Made by a program: the position numbers and the translations under genes | The notes under the pieces: generated by a model | What the model was told of the DNA's origin: nothing | The model's input: the letters and a program-made list of their open reading frames with translations, nothing else | Database searches by the model: none | From: a virus | Lineage: Duplodnaviria; Caudoviricetes | Length of the DNA stretch: 35,469 nucleotides | Reading direction: 5' to 3' (one strand) | Virus record (IMG/VR): IMGVR_UViG_3300016474_000374 | Location: 1 to 35,469 of that record | Shown: positions 28,395 through 34,485 of the stretch, in pieces | How positions within the stretch are numbered: the stretch's first letter is position 1 | Layout of the letters: each line of letters starts with the position of its first letter

Positions 28395-28558
28395 TGGGAA
28401 ATACTTACGAAGTTAAGGCATGGGAATCAGCAGTAGGTAGTGACCACTTTTACTGGTTAGAGATATACCGAGGTGAGAGCTTACTTAAAGCGTTATACAA
28501 TCTTTGGTGGTGTAAACGCAATGGTTGGAAGTGTATAAAATTAGAATATCGCCCATGA
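28394..28558 (+). CDS. Small hypothetical protein (54 aa, not in track)
   Basis: MGNTYEVKAW...EYRP; overlaps at both ends. Confidence 0.65.
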   Translation: MGNTYEVKAWESAVGSDHFYWLEIYRGESLLKALYNLWWCKRNGWKCIKLEYRP

Positions 28559-28809
28559 ATAAATTCAAACACCACTGTCCTGACTGGGACTTTATGCTTA
28601 TTGATAGGCATGATTCAGAGTTTGAATGCTGTACCTGTGACTTCTCAGATATTCCTATCGCTATAGAAGTGCTTGATGATCTAATGGGTTACAGTGGTGT
28701 TGGCACCGACGGCAATCCATACGACACTCCCTCCTGGAACGCTGCTTTGCGTGCCGCTAAAGACGTAATCAAACAAAGGATTATAAATAATAATGATTTA
28801 ACCCAATAA
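28555..28809 (+). CDS. Hypothetical protein with Cys motif
   Basis: HHCPDWD...EFECCTC; start at an ATGA overlap. Confidence 0.65.
   Translation: MNKFKHHCPDWDFMLIDRHDSEFECCTCDFSDIPIAIEVLDDLMGYSGVGTDGNPYDTPSWNAALRAAKDVIKQRIINNNDLTQ
28782..28789 (+). promoter_or_regulatory. T4-type late promoter
   Basis: Exact TATAAATA 30 bp upstream of the MKTFKQLRE ORF. Confidence 0.7.
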
Positions 28810-28818
28810 GAAAAATAA

Positions 28819-29268
28819 ATGAAAACGTTTAAGCAATTAAGAGAAGCTAATTCTTATTCTAAGCCAGATGAGCATACAGGTGTTATGTCGTACCATGATT
28901 TAGAAGCTCATATTGGTAAACCAAAAGCTCTTTTGATTGCTAAGCACGAACAATTTCAAAAACACATCACTCCTCAAATAAGTTTAGGTGCCAAGGCAGG
29001 TTTTAAGTTTGAAAGACGTCATGGGTTTGAATCTGTCTATGCAGTTCATGGTCCTAATAAGTACGTTGACAAAGAAAAGCCTGGATACAGAACTATGCTT
29101 AGATTTCATCTAAGTGGTAGTGGTAAAAAGGTTACTCAGGTCGATCGTTCTGTTAATCATAATAATGAAAGACATCGTGAAGGTAGTTTAGTTTGGGATC
29201 ATAGAGAGACCTGGGAGCATCCAGTAAACAAACGAGAAAATAAGCGTTTGGCAAAGAGCACAAAGTAA
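28819..29268 (+). CDS. Basic protein with a T4 internal-protein-like capsid-targeting N-terminus
   Basis: MKTFKQLREA resembles T4 IP leaders; late promoter upstream. Confidence 0.6.
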   Translation: MKTFKQLREANSYSKPDEHTGVMSYHDLEAHIGKPKALLIAKHEQFQKHITPQISLGAKAGFKFERRHGFESVYAVHGPNKYVDKEKPGYRTMLRFHLSGSGKKVTQVDRSVNHNNERHREGSLVWDHRETWEHPVNKRENKRLAKSTK

Positions 29269-29340
29269 CCCTTCAGCCCGCTAGGGCTCTTGACTTCTGT
29301 TTCTTTTGACTATAGACTTATGTTATAGTGAAAAAAGGAA
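29266..29340 (+). promoter_or_regulatory. Early promoter element (variant)
   Basis: TAACCCTTC, hairpin AGCCC-GCTA-GGGCT, TTGACT(29290)-17-TAGACT(29313), ATAGTGAAA. Confidence 0.75.
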
Positions 29341-29346
29341 CAGAAA

Positions 29347-29580
29347 ATGAGAGTAGTAAATGATTTCGGACTCGTCAGAGTCATCAGTACCGGTAAAGAT
29401 CCCCGAGTAAGTGGTGCAGATATCCTTGTAGAAGTACGGGATTCTGATACCTCAGCGTGGGAAATTTTCGACAAATTCAACAGTTTTAGCGACGACTACG
29501 CTTTCACCAATGCCCGTGAAGCAGCAGGGCAAGCAATCAAAATTATCGCAGCGCGCAAAGCGCAGTTCCCGAGCATTTGA
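29347..29580 (+). CDS. Hypothetical early protein
   Basis: AAGGA SD; the stop codon lies inside the next -35. Confidence 0.7.
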   Translation: MRVVNDFGLVRVISTGKDPRVSGADILVEVRDSDTSAWEIFDKFNSFSDDYAFTNAREAAGQAIKIIAARKAQFPSI

Positions 29581-29628
29581 CTCGGGAATCAAAAGGTGTT
29601 ATACTATTGTTATAGTGAAAGATAGGAG
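29566..29628 (+). promoter_or_regulatory. Early promoter element
   Basis: TTCCCGAG-CATTTGA-CTCGGGAA; TTGACT(29577)-17-TATACT(29600). Confidence 0.88.
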
Positions 29629-29633
29629 AAGTT

Positions 29634-29831
29634 ATGAGCATGAGTGATCTGGTAATCGGCATTCAAGAAGATATCGAAATGGGTTTGCTCGATTTTCAAG
29701 CAATCGCTAAGAAGCACAAAGTGTCGCTGAAAGACGTAGATTTGTGCAATGCTATGCTGTTGGAAATGTATATGGAGCAAGATCACTGCACTAATGATAA
29801 CTGGTACGACGAACAGTACGAGCTCGAGTAA
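29634..29831 (+). CDS. Acidic hypothetical early protein
   Basis: AGGAG SD. Confidence 0.7.
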   Translation: MSMSDLVIGIQEDIEMGLLDFQAIAKKHKVSLKDVDLCNAMLLEMYMEQDHCTNDNWYDEQYELE

Positions 29832-29892
29832 CCCGTTGCTTGACTCGGGTACCTTTTGGTGTTAGAATAGCGGTATGGTGAAGAACAAGGAG
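29829..29892 (+). promoter_or_regulatory. Early promoter element
   Basis: TAACCCGTTGCTTGACTCGGGTA; TTGACT(29840)-17-TAGAAT(29863); ATG at +1. Confidence 0.88.
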
Positions 29893-29898
29893 TCATAT

Positions 29899-30126
29899 AT
29901 GTTTCAGAGTCAATTTGGTATGTTCAGTTCTGAGGGCGATGAGGCAGTGTCAAGAGTGATTGACACCGCAAAGCGTTTTAATATGCCCTGGCCTAAAGTA
30001 ATATCTTTGATCGAAACTATTACAATGACCCGTCCCAAGGTTCGTGAGATGCGAGATACCGCAGTGCTCGAAGAAATCTTCGATGCCATTGGTTACGATG
30101 AGTCAGTTTGCTTTTACGAGAGGTAG
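29899..30126 (+). CDS. Hypothetical early protein
   Basis: AAGGAG SD; FGMFS.EGD.AV motif. Confidence 0.7.
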   Translation: MFQSQFGMFSSEGDEAVSRVIDTAKRFNMPWPKVISLIETITMTRPKVREMRDTAVLEEIFDAIGYDESVCFYER

Positions 30127-30129
30127 AGT

Positions 30130-30477
30130 ATGAGTCTTGATGTTAGATTAATGATTACCAAGCCAACTGAGGTTTATTCTGGTAACATTACTCACAATCT
30201 AGGCAAGATGGCTAGTAAAGTAGTCTTGGCTAATGGTTTGACTTTGTATAACATTCTGTGGCGTCCAGACGAATGCGAACCTCCACTACAGAAAGCAAGC
30301 GACATCGCAGAACTTCTTGACGAAGCACTAGGTATTCTGATTCAGGACAAGGATCATCTGAAACAATACAACCCGGAGAACGGTTGGGGTAATTATTATG
30401 GTCTTTTTGAACTAGTACACGAATATAGAAATGCTGCTAGAGCAGAACCCAACGCTGATATCGAGGTATGCAGATGA
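30130..30477 (+). CDS. Conserved phage hypothetical protein
   Basis: MSLDV...NITHNLGKMA...NPENGWGNY. Confidence 0.72.
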   Translation: MSLDVRLMITKPTEVYSGNITHNLGKMASKVVLANGLTLYNILWRPDECEPPLQKASDIAELLDEALGILIQDKDHLKQYNPENGWGNYYGLFELVHEYRNAARAEPNADIEVCR

Positions 30478-30734
30478 ACGAACGAATTAGAGAACTTGCA
30501 GAACAGGCTGGAGAATATGTGAATGAAGTTTATACTCCACCTGTGAGATCCAAGACTCCTGGAAAGATTTGGGAGGATGGGCACATCGAGTGGCATACAC
30601 AATTCAATCAAAAGTTCGCCCAGTTGATTGTACAGGAATGTGCCGAGGTTGTCCAAGAGGGTAGATGGATGGTTCCGCCGAGCCAAGAACAACTAGCAAG
30701 AAGCATTAAACAACATTTCGGAGTTGAAGAATGA
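30474..30734 (+). CDS. MNERI...HFGVEE family member
   Basis: MNERIRELAEQA...KFAQLIVQECA...HFGVEE. Confidence 0.85.
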   Translation: MNERIRELAEQAGEYVNEVYTPPVRSKTPGKIWEDGHIEWHTQFNQKFAQLIVQECAEVVQEGRWMVPPSQEQLARSIKQHFGVEE

Positions 30735-30820
30735 ACGAGATTGGTTTGGCACTGCTGGCCTGTTATGTGATAGGTTTTGTCACTGGTTTTGTTTGGGGCT
30801 GGCAAAAGAATTATGATTAG
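30731..30820 (+). CDS. 29-aa single-TM peptide (not in track)
   Basis: MNEIGLALLACYVIGFVTGFVWGWQKNYD; ATGA overlap. Confidence 0.55.
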   Translation: MNEIGLALLACYVIGFVTGFVWGWQKNYD

Positions 30821-30824
30821 AAGA

Positions 30825-31058
30825 ATGAACGAACGAATTAAAGAACTTTTCGTACAGGCTTTAGAAGAATTCAAGGCAGAAAACAAATATGCTACTATCA
30901 TTGTTCCTAATCCCTTGCAAGAAAAGTTCGCCGAGTTGTTGATTCGAGAATGTATGGATCTACTTGAAGATTACACTACAGACGTACACGTGGGTGGTAT
31001 TCAATATAACGTAGTGAGTGCAGAGGAGACTTTACAGAAACACTTCGGACTCGAGTAA
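30825..31058 (+). CDS. MNERI...HFGVEE family member
   Basis: MNERIKELFVQA...KFAELLIRECM...HFGLE. Confidence 0.85.
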   Translation: MNERIKELFVQALEEFKAENKYATIIVPNPLQEKFAELLIRECMDLLEDYTTDVHVGGIQYNVVSAEETLQKHFGLE

Positions 31059-31118
31059 CCCTTCGGTTGACACGGGTATCAATAGGTGTTAGTATGTGGT
31101 TATGGTAAAGAAAGGAAC
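31056..31118 (+). promoter_or_regulatory. Early promoter element
   Basis: TAACCCTTCGGTTGACACGGGTA; TTGACA(31067)-17-TAGTAT(31090). Confidence 0.87.
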
Positions 31119-31122
31119 TCAA

Positions 31123-31332
31123 ATGACCAGCAAAATGACTAAAGTGATTCGTAGTGTAGTTGGACCAGACGTAGTGATCTTCAACGACAAGCTAGTCGAC
31201 GGAACTCGCAGTGTCAAAATCTGGGGTATTCGGTACAACTACGGACCTACCATCAAAGCACTAACATCAAATGGTTTCAGTGTCAAGCTCGTCGACGGCT
31301 TCAACGGACGCACTCGGTTACATGTAAAATGA
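31123..31332 (+). CDS. Hypothetical early protein
   Basis: AAGGA SD; FNDK..DGTRSVK motif. Confidence 0.7.
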   Translation: MTSKMTKVIRSVVGPDVVIFNDKLVDGTRSVKIWGIRYNYGPTIKALTSNGFSVKLVDGFNGRTRLHVK

Positions 31333-31487
31333 TTACTTACACCGTTCATATGGTCAACTTCGGACTCAACAAGGGATCATTTAGCTCCCTAGAAGAAGCG
31401 ATAGCTCACGCTCAGGCCCTCGGATTCGAGTGCTCTATAGTGTCAAGCGACCCCAGCGTCGAACCCATCAGTGTCAAACCCTACTAG
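31329..31487 (+). CDS. Small hypothetical protein (52 aa, not in track)
   Basis: MITYTVHMVNFG...KPY; ATGA overlap. Confidence 0.65.
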   Translation: MITYTVHMVNFGLNKGSFSSLEEAIAHAQALGFECSIVSSDPSVEPISVKPY

Positions 31488-31497
31488 AACTTCGTAG

Positions 31498-31560
31498 TAC
31501 CCATACGGTTGACTCGGGTATCAAAAGCATATAGACTATGGTTACAGTGAAGATAAAGGA
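31498..31560 (+). promoter_or_regulatory. Early promoter element
   Basis: TACCCATACGGTTGACTCGGGTA; TTGACT(31509)-17-TAGACT(31532). Confidence 0.87.
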
Positions 31561-31567
31561 CAAAGAA

Positions 31568-31747
31568 ATGCAGATCAATACTAAAGCAGACATCAGAGCA
31601 GAAACAGAACTAGCAATCGCAGCATTCCTAGCAAAAGGTAACGTGATTACTCAGGTCAAAGCTCGAAAGACTCCCAAAGCAAAAACCGCCAATGGAAAAT
31701 CGAAAGGGCATTTTGGTACGAAACCAGTATTTGCAGCAGGAGTATAA
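31568..31747 (+). CDS. Small basic early protein
   Basis: KA.IRAE...IAAFLAKG.VI pattern (loosely SutA-like) with a Lys-rich tail. Confidence 0.65.
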   Translation: MQINTKADIRAETELAIAAFLAKGNVITQVKARKTPKAKTANGKSKGHFGTKPVFAAGV

Positions 31748-31749
31748 GC

Positions 31750-31884
31750 ATGAACGATCTCATTGATTTAGCAGTAGAGCAGATTGTAGAAGACGTACAG
31801 AATGGTCTCACAGATGCGATCTACGCTTTACTGATGAACGTCAAAGCGGAACTGATCAAAGAATTTCTAGTATCAGAGGAGTAG
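31750..31884 (+). CDS. Small acidic protein (44 aa, not in track)
   Basis: AGGAG SD; MNDLIDLAVEQI...VSEE. Confidence 0.65.
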   Translation: MNDLIDLAVEQIVEDVQNGLTDAIYALLMNVKAELIKEFLVSEE

Positions 31885-32430
31885 CTAGTGTAGTGTTCGC
31901 CCTAGCTTTTCGTAGACACCCGTAGAACCAGAGCGGGTGTTCTTATCTAGCCATCCACGAACATCATCTCGCTCTTCTTTTAAGTAATCCACCTCGTTCT
32001 TCAGATCTTTGACTTCTCGTTCTAGTCTAGTGATACGAAGTTTTGCTTGTTCAAGTTCAGCATTTAGATCAGTCTTGGGAGGTTTCGGAGTGGGTGCTGC
32101 TAGTTGTTTTGGTTTTGAGTTCATAGTTTCAATTGTATTCATGCTCAATTGTCTTGCATCAGGATTGTCTAGATAGTAACGACCGATTTTAGAATACTTT
32201 CTCCACGTTACATCTTTTATATTCAATTTTGCTATGACCATAGCAAGTTTGGCTTTCTTATCTTTTTTCTTCAATGTATTTAGATACGCATCTTGCTGTG
32301 CTATATTCATACACAGTTCAGCAACAGCTTCCTGTCCCCTTACCATAATGTTTTGGCAGTCTGAGACTAGTGTTTCTAGTGTGGAATCGTTTAGATCAGA
32401 TACAGATTGATATATACTTAGGCTGTGCAT
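31885..32430 (-). CDS. Hypothetical protein with C-terminal coiled coil; only credible minus-strand gene
   Basis: 181 aa from ATG 32430 with AAGGA SD; no competing + ORF; late promoters upstream. Confidence 0.8.
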   Translation of the reverse strand: MHSLSIYQSVSDLNDSTLETLVSDCQNIMVRGQEAVAELCMNIAQQDAYLNTLKKKDKKAKLAMVIAKLNIKDVTWRKYSKIGRYYLDNPDARQLSMNTIETMNSKPKQLAAPTPKPPKTDLNAELEQAKLRITRLEREVKDLKNEVDYLKEERDDVRGWLDKNTRSGSTGVYEKLGRTLH

Positions 32431-32457
32431 AATAGTTCCTTTAGATTGGGTTAGCAT

Positions 32458-32495
32458 AGAGCTAGTGGATGTTCGAGCATCGCGACTAGCACTCT
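32458..32495 (-). promoter_or_regulatory. 5'-leader stem-loop
   Basis: GCTAGT/ACTAGC outer stem, GATG/CATC inner stem, AGA/TCT base. Confidence 0.6.
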
Positions 32496-32497
32496 TT

Positions 32498-32545
32498 TAT
32501 TTATAGTTTTATCGGTGTCTTAGTGACCAAAAAAGCGTATTTATA
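32498..32545 (-). promoter_or_regulatory. Two T4-type late promoters
   Basis: TATTTATA on + (TATAAATA on -) at 32498-32505 and 32538-32545. Confidence 0.72.
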
Positions 32546-32611
32546 TACCCTACGAAAGTAGGATTTCGAGCCTATAGAAAAGAGCGGAATAGCGTGCTTA
32601 ATTCATGAGCA

Positions 32612-32676
32612 CGGTGACTAGCGCGGAATCAGCGGGTAGAACGGTGAGATTCGGTGCAACTCGGTGTAGTGCGGTT
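32612..32676. repeat. 10-bp-phased CGGT(G) repeats
   Basis: CGGT at 32612, 32642, 32652, 32662 and 32672. Confidence 0.7.
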
Positions 32677-32749
32677 AGCATATAAGCCTTCATTCATTTG
32701 TAACAGAAGTCAAGCAACCCTTCGTTCCACTCAGGTATTCTCCCCCAAT

Positions 32750-32795
32750 TTGACACAGAATCCTCTCGGTGTTATCATTATGGTATGGTAAAGAA
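32750..32795 (+). promoter_or_regulatory. Early promoter element (variant)
   Basis: TTGACA(32750)-17-TATCAT(32773) with TGn; ATGGTAAAGAA. Confidence 0.8.
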
Positions 32796-32816
32796 CAAAG
32801 AAGCAAGGAGCAGATC

Positions 32817-33026
32817 ATGATTGAGCGTAATCTACATGCAGCAGGACGTAGAGCTAATGTCCTGTTTGGGGTTGCAGAGGTCGTAGACGGCTTGGTCAGA
32901 GTTCTCAGTGCTGGATTCTTCCATACTCGGTTGACCCTGATCGTTAGCCGTTGGCAGATGCGACGTGCGATCGTTAGCCGTTGGCAGATGCGACGTGATT
33001 TTCAGCGTCGGTCAGTGAGGAGTTGA
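32817..33026 (+). CDS. Hypothetical early protein with internal duplication
   Basis: AAGGAG SD before ATG 32817. Confidence 0.6.
   Translation: MIERNLHAAGRRANVLFGVAEVVDGLVRVLSAGFFHTRLTLIVSRWQMRRAIVSRWQMRRDFQRRSVRS
32939..32997 (+). repeat. Perfect 29-bp tandem duplication (period 30)
   Basis: GATCGTTAGCCGTTGGCAGATGCGACGTG at 32939 and 32969. Confidence 0.95.
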
Positions 33027-33081
33027 TACCCCGTCATTTGACTCGGGATTCAAATGGTGTTAGTATATGGTTATGGTGAAG
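33027..33081 (+). promoter_or_regulatory. Early promoter element
   Basis: CCCGTCATTTGACTCGGG; TTGACT(33038)-17-TAGTAT(33061). Confidence 0.87.
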
Positions 33082-33163
33082 ACGAGATCGAACAGACAAA
33101 TTGCAGCGGGTAGCCCAAAGCAGATGAATCTCGTCGGATCCACCCCACTTATAGGAGTTTCAC

Positions 33164-33457
33164 ATGGCTAAGTTGCTCATTTCTACGCAAATCCTCGAGA
33201 ACTATGGTTCAGAAGACAACCCCTTCTGGAAATGCAAAGGATCAGAAGATTACGTAGTCAAGAACTTCAGAGACTTCAACCGAGTCAACGAGGTCGTGAT
33301 GGCACTTCGCTCCGAGATTGAGATCGACAACCCCTTCTGCCAAGAGTACATCGCCGGCTGGGAAGTCGTTGATGATGACTATATGACGCAGGCCGAGCGC
33401 CTTCAGATGCTATACGAGGGCAAAGTCACCTATGCTCCCCGAGAGCTAGCTTGGTAG
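33164..33457 (+). CDS. Conserved phage hypothetical protein
   Basis: TQ..ENYG...WKCKG motif; AGGAG SD. Confidence 0.75.
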   Translation: MAKLLISTQILENYGSEDNPFWKCKGSEDYVVKNFRDFNRVNEVVMALRSEIEIDNPFCQEYIAGWEVVDDDYMTQAERLQMLYEGKVTYAPRELAW

Positions 33458-33525
33458 TACCCATACAGTTGACTCGGGTACCATTTGAACATATAATTAT
33501 GGTATGGTGAAGAAACAACAGGAGC
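33458..33525 (+). promoter_or_regulatory. Early promoter element
   Basis: TACCCATACAGTTGACTCGGGTA; TTGACT(33469)-17-TATAAT(33492). Confidence 0.9.
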
Positions 33526-33530
33526 AAAAG

Positions 33531-33737
33531 ATGGCCAAAAGCCCAGTGTACGCGAATCTAGACCATGCACTTCTCATAGCCGACCTAGCATATATAGCAG
33601 CAAGGCTTCCGAGGCGCGACAATGTCCTAGCAGGGATGCTGATCAGGTGGTTCGACAACAGGGGGACTCTGTCCGAAAAGCAAGATGCTCTCGGCAGGTC
33701 CATTCTACTTCGTAATCAGGAGCTTCTCAATGCGTAG
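33531..33737 (+). CDS. Hypothetical early protein
   Basis: AGGAG SD; RGTLSEKQ motif. Confidence 0.7.
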   Translation: MAKSPVYANLDHALLIADLAYIAARLPRRDNVLAGMLIRWFDNRGTLSEKQDALGRSILLRNQELLNA

Positions 33738-33996
33738 TCGTTTAGTCGTAGGTCTCAAGAACTCGCAAAAGATTCGAGTCATCGTCAACGGTGTAGCGTT
33801 TCACACCACAGTACAGGGTGCTATGGAAGGTATGTCTTTCGTAGATCAGCGACTCGCAGTGAGTCATGTGCTAACAGAGCTCGGTTTGGGTCAGTTCAAT
33901 CTGACAGACAAGCCCCTGGGTATCGCTAAACCCGTCCGAGTATTCAATCACAAGAATGAGCGCGTCACTGTAGACGTCCAGGTAGATCTGGTATAA
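33730..33996 (+). CDS. Hypothetical early protein
   Basis: AGGAG SD before ATG 33730. Confidence 0.7.
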   Translation: MRSRLVVGLKNSQKIRVIVNGVAFHTTVQGAMEGMSFVDQRLAVSHVLTELGLGQFNLTDKPLGIAKPVRVFNHKNERVTVDVQVDLV

Positions 33997-34061
33997 CCCG
34001 TCATTTGACTCGGGTATCATTTGGTGTTAGACTAATGGTATGATGAAAAGACAACAGGAGC
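33994..34061 (+). promoter_or_regulatory. Early promoter element
   Basis: TAACCCGTCATTTGACTCGGGTA; TTGACT(34005)-17-TAGACT(34028). Confidence 0.9.
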
Positions 34062-34066
34062 AAAAG

Positions 34067-34240
34067 ATGCAAGTATCCCAGGATGTTCGTAGTTACGCCC
34101 TAGACCTAGTACAGAATGGTGTAGTCGACATGGAAGTGTTGCTGAGAGCATGTCTCGGCTACATGAGCATGGAAGATGTTTGCCACATGCTTGATCTTAA
34201 CGAAATGAGTCCACGCTTTTTTGCCGCCGAGGAGCAGTAA
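34067..34240 (+). CDS. Hypothetical early protein
   Basis: AGGAG SD; ACL.YMS..DV..ML..NE motif. Confidence 0.7.
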   Translation: MQVSQDVRSYALDLVQNGVVDMEVLLRACLGYMSMEDVCHMLDLNEMSPRFFAAEEQ

Positions 34241-34241
34241 C

Positions 34242-34418
34242 ATGGAAATTACGAGAATCATTCAATTCTTCACCGAGCTCGGAGAAGCAGGGTTTGATAG
34301 AGAAGCGAGTCCTGGCAACGGTCCCTACTATGTCAAACTCTACGATGACAGCTTCGATGCCACCGGATTCGACACTTTGGACGAGGCCATCGAGGAACTT
34401 CGATACGCTACAGAATAA
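34242..34418 (+). CDS. Acidic hypothetical early protein
   Basis: GAGGAG SD before ATG 34242. Confidence 0.7.
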   Translation: MEITRIIQFFTELGEAGFDREASPGNGPYYVKLYDDSFDATGFDTLDEAIEELRYATE

Positions 34419-34480
34419 CCCGTCATTTGACTCGGGTATCAAAAGCATATAGACTACGGTTATGGTAAAGAACAAAGGAA
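34416..34480 (+). promoter_or_regulatory. Early promoter element
   Basis: TAACCCGTCATTTGACTCGGGTA; TTGACT(34427)-17-TAGACT(34450). Confidence 0.9.
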
Positions 34481-34485
34481 ACGAA

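Noticed and set aside
27842-31058. Diversity-generating retroelement TR/VR pair
   Set aside because: Differences are indels and whole-segment replacements, not adenine-specific substitutions, and no reverse transcriptase is visible.
32580-32700. tRNA gene in the GC-rich intergenic stretch
   Set aside because: No cloverleaf, T-loop (GTTCRA) context or acceptor stem could be built.
33081-33135. Hammerhead ribozyme (CAGAUGA and GAAC resemble CUGAUGA and GAAA)
   Set aside because: Core nucleotides deviate and stems I and III are too weak. Kept only as a generic structured leader.
29266-34480. Recurrent TTGACTCGGGT repeats as a CRISPR array or true integron attC sites
   Set aside because: Spacing is irregular and gene-sized, the repeats carry -35/-10 boxes, there is no RYYYAAC...GTTRRRY pairing, and no cas or integrase gene is in the window.
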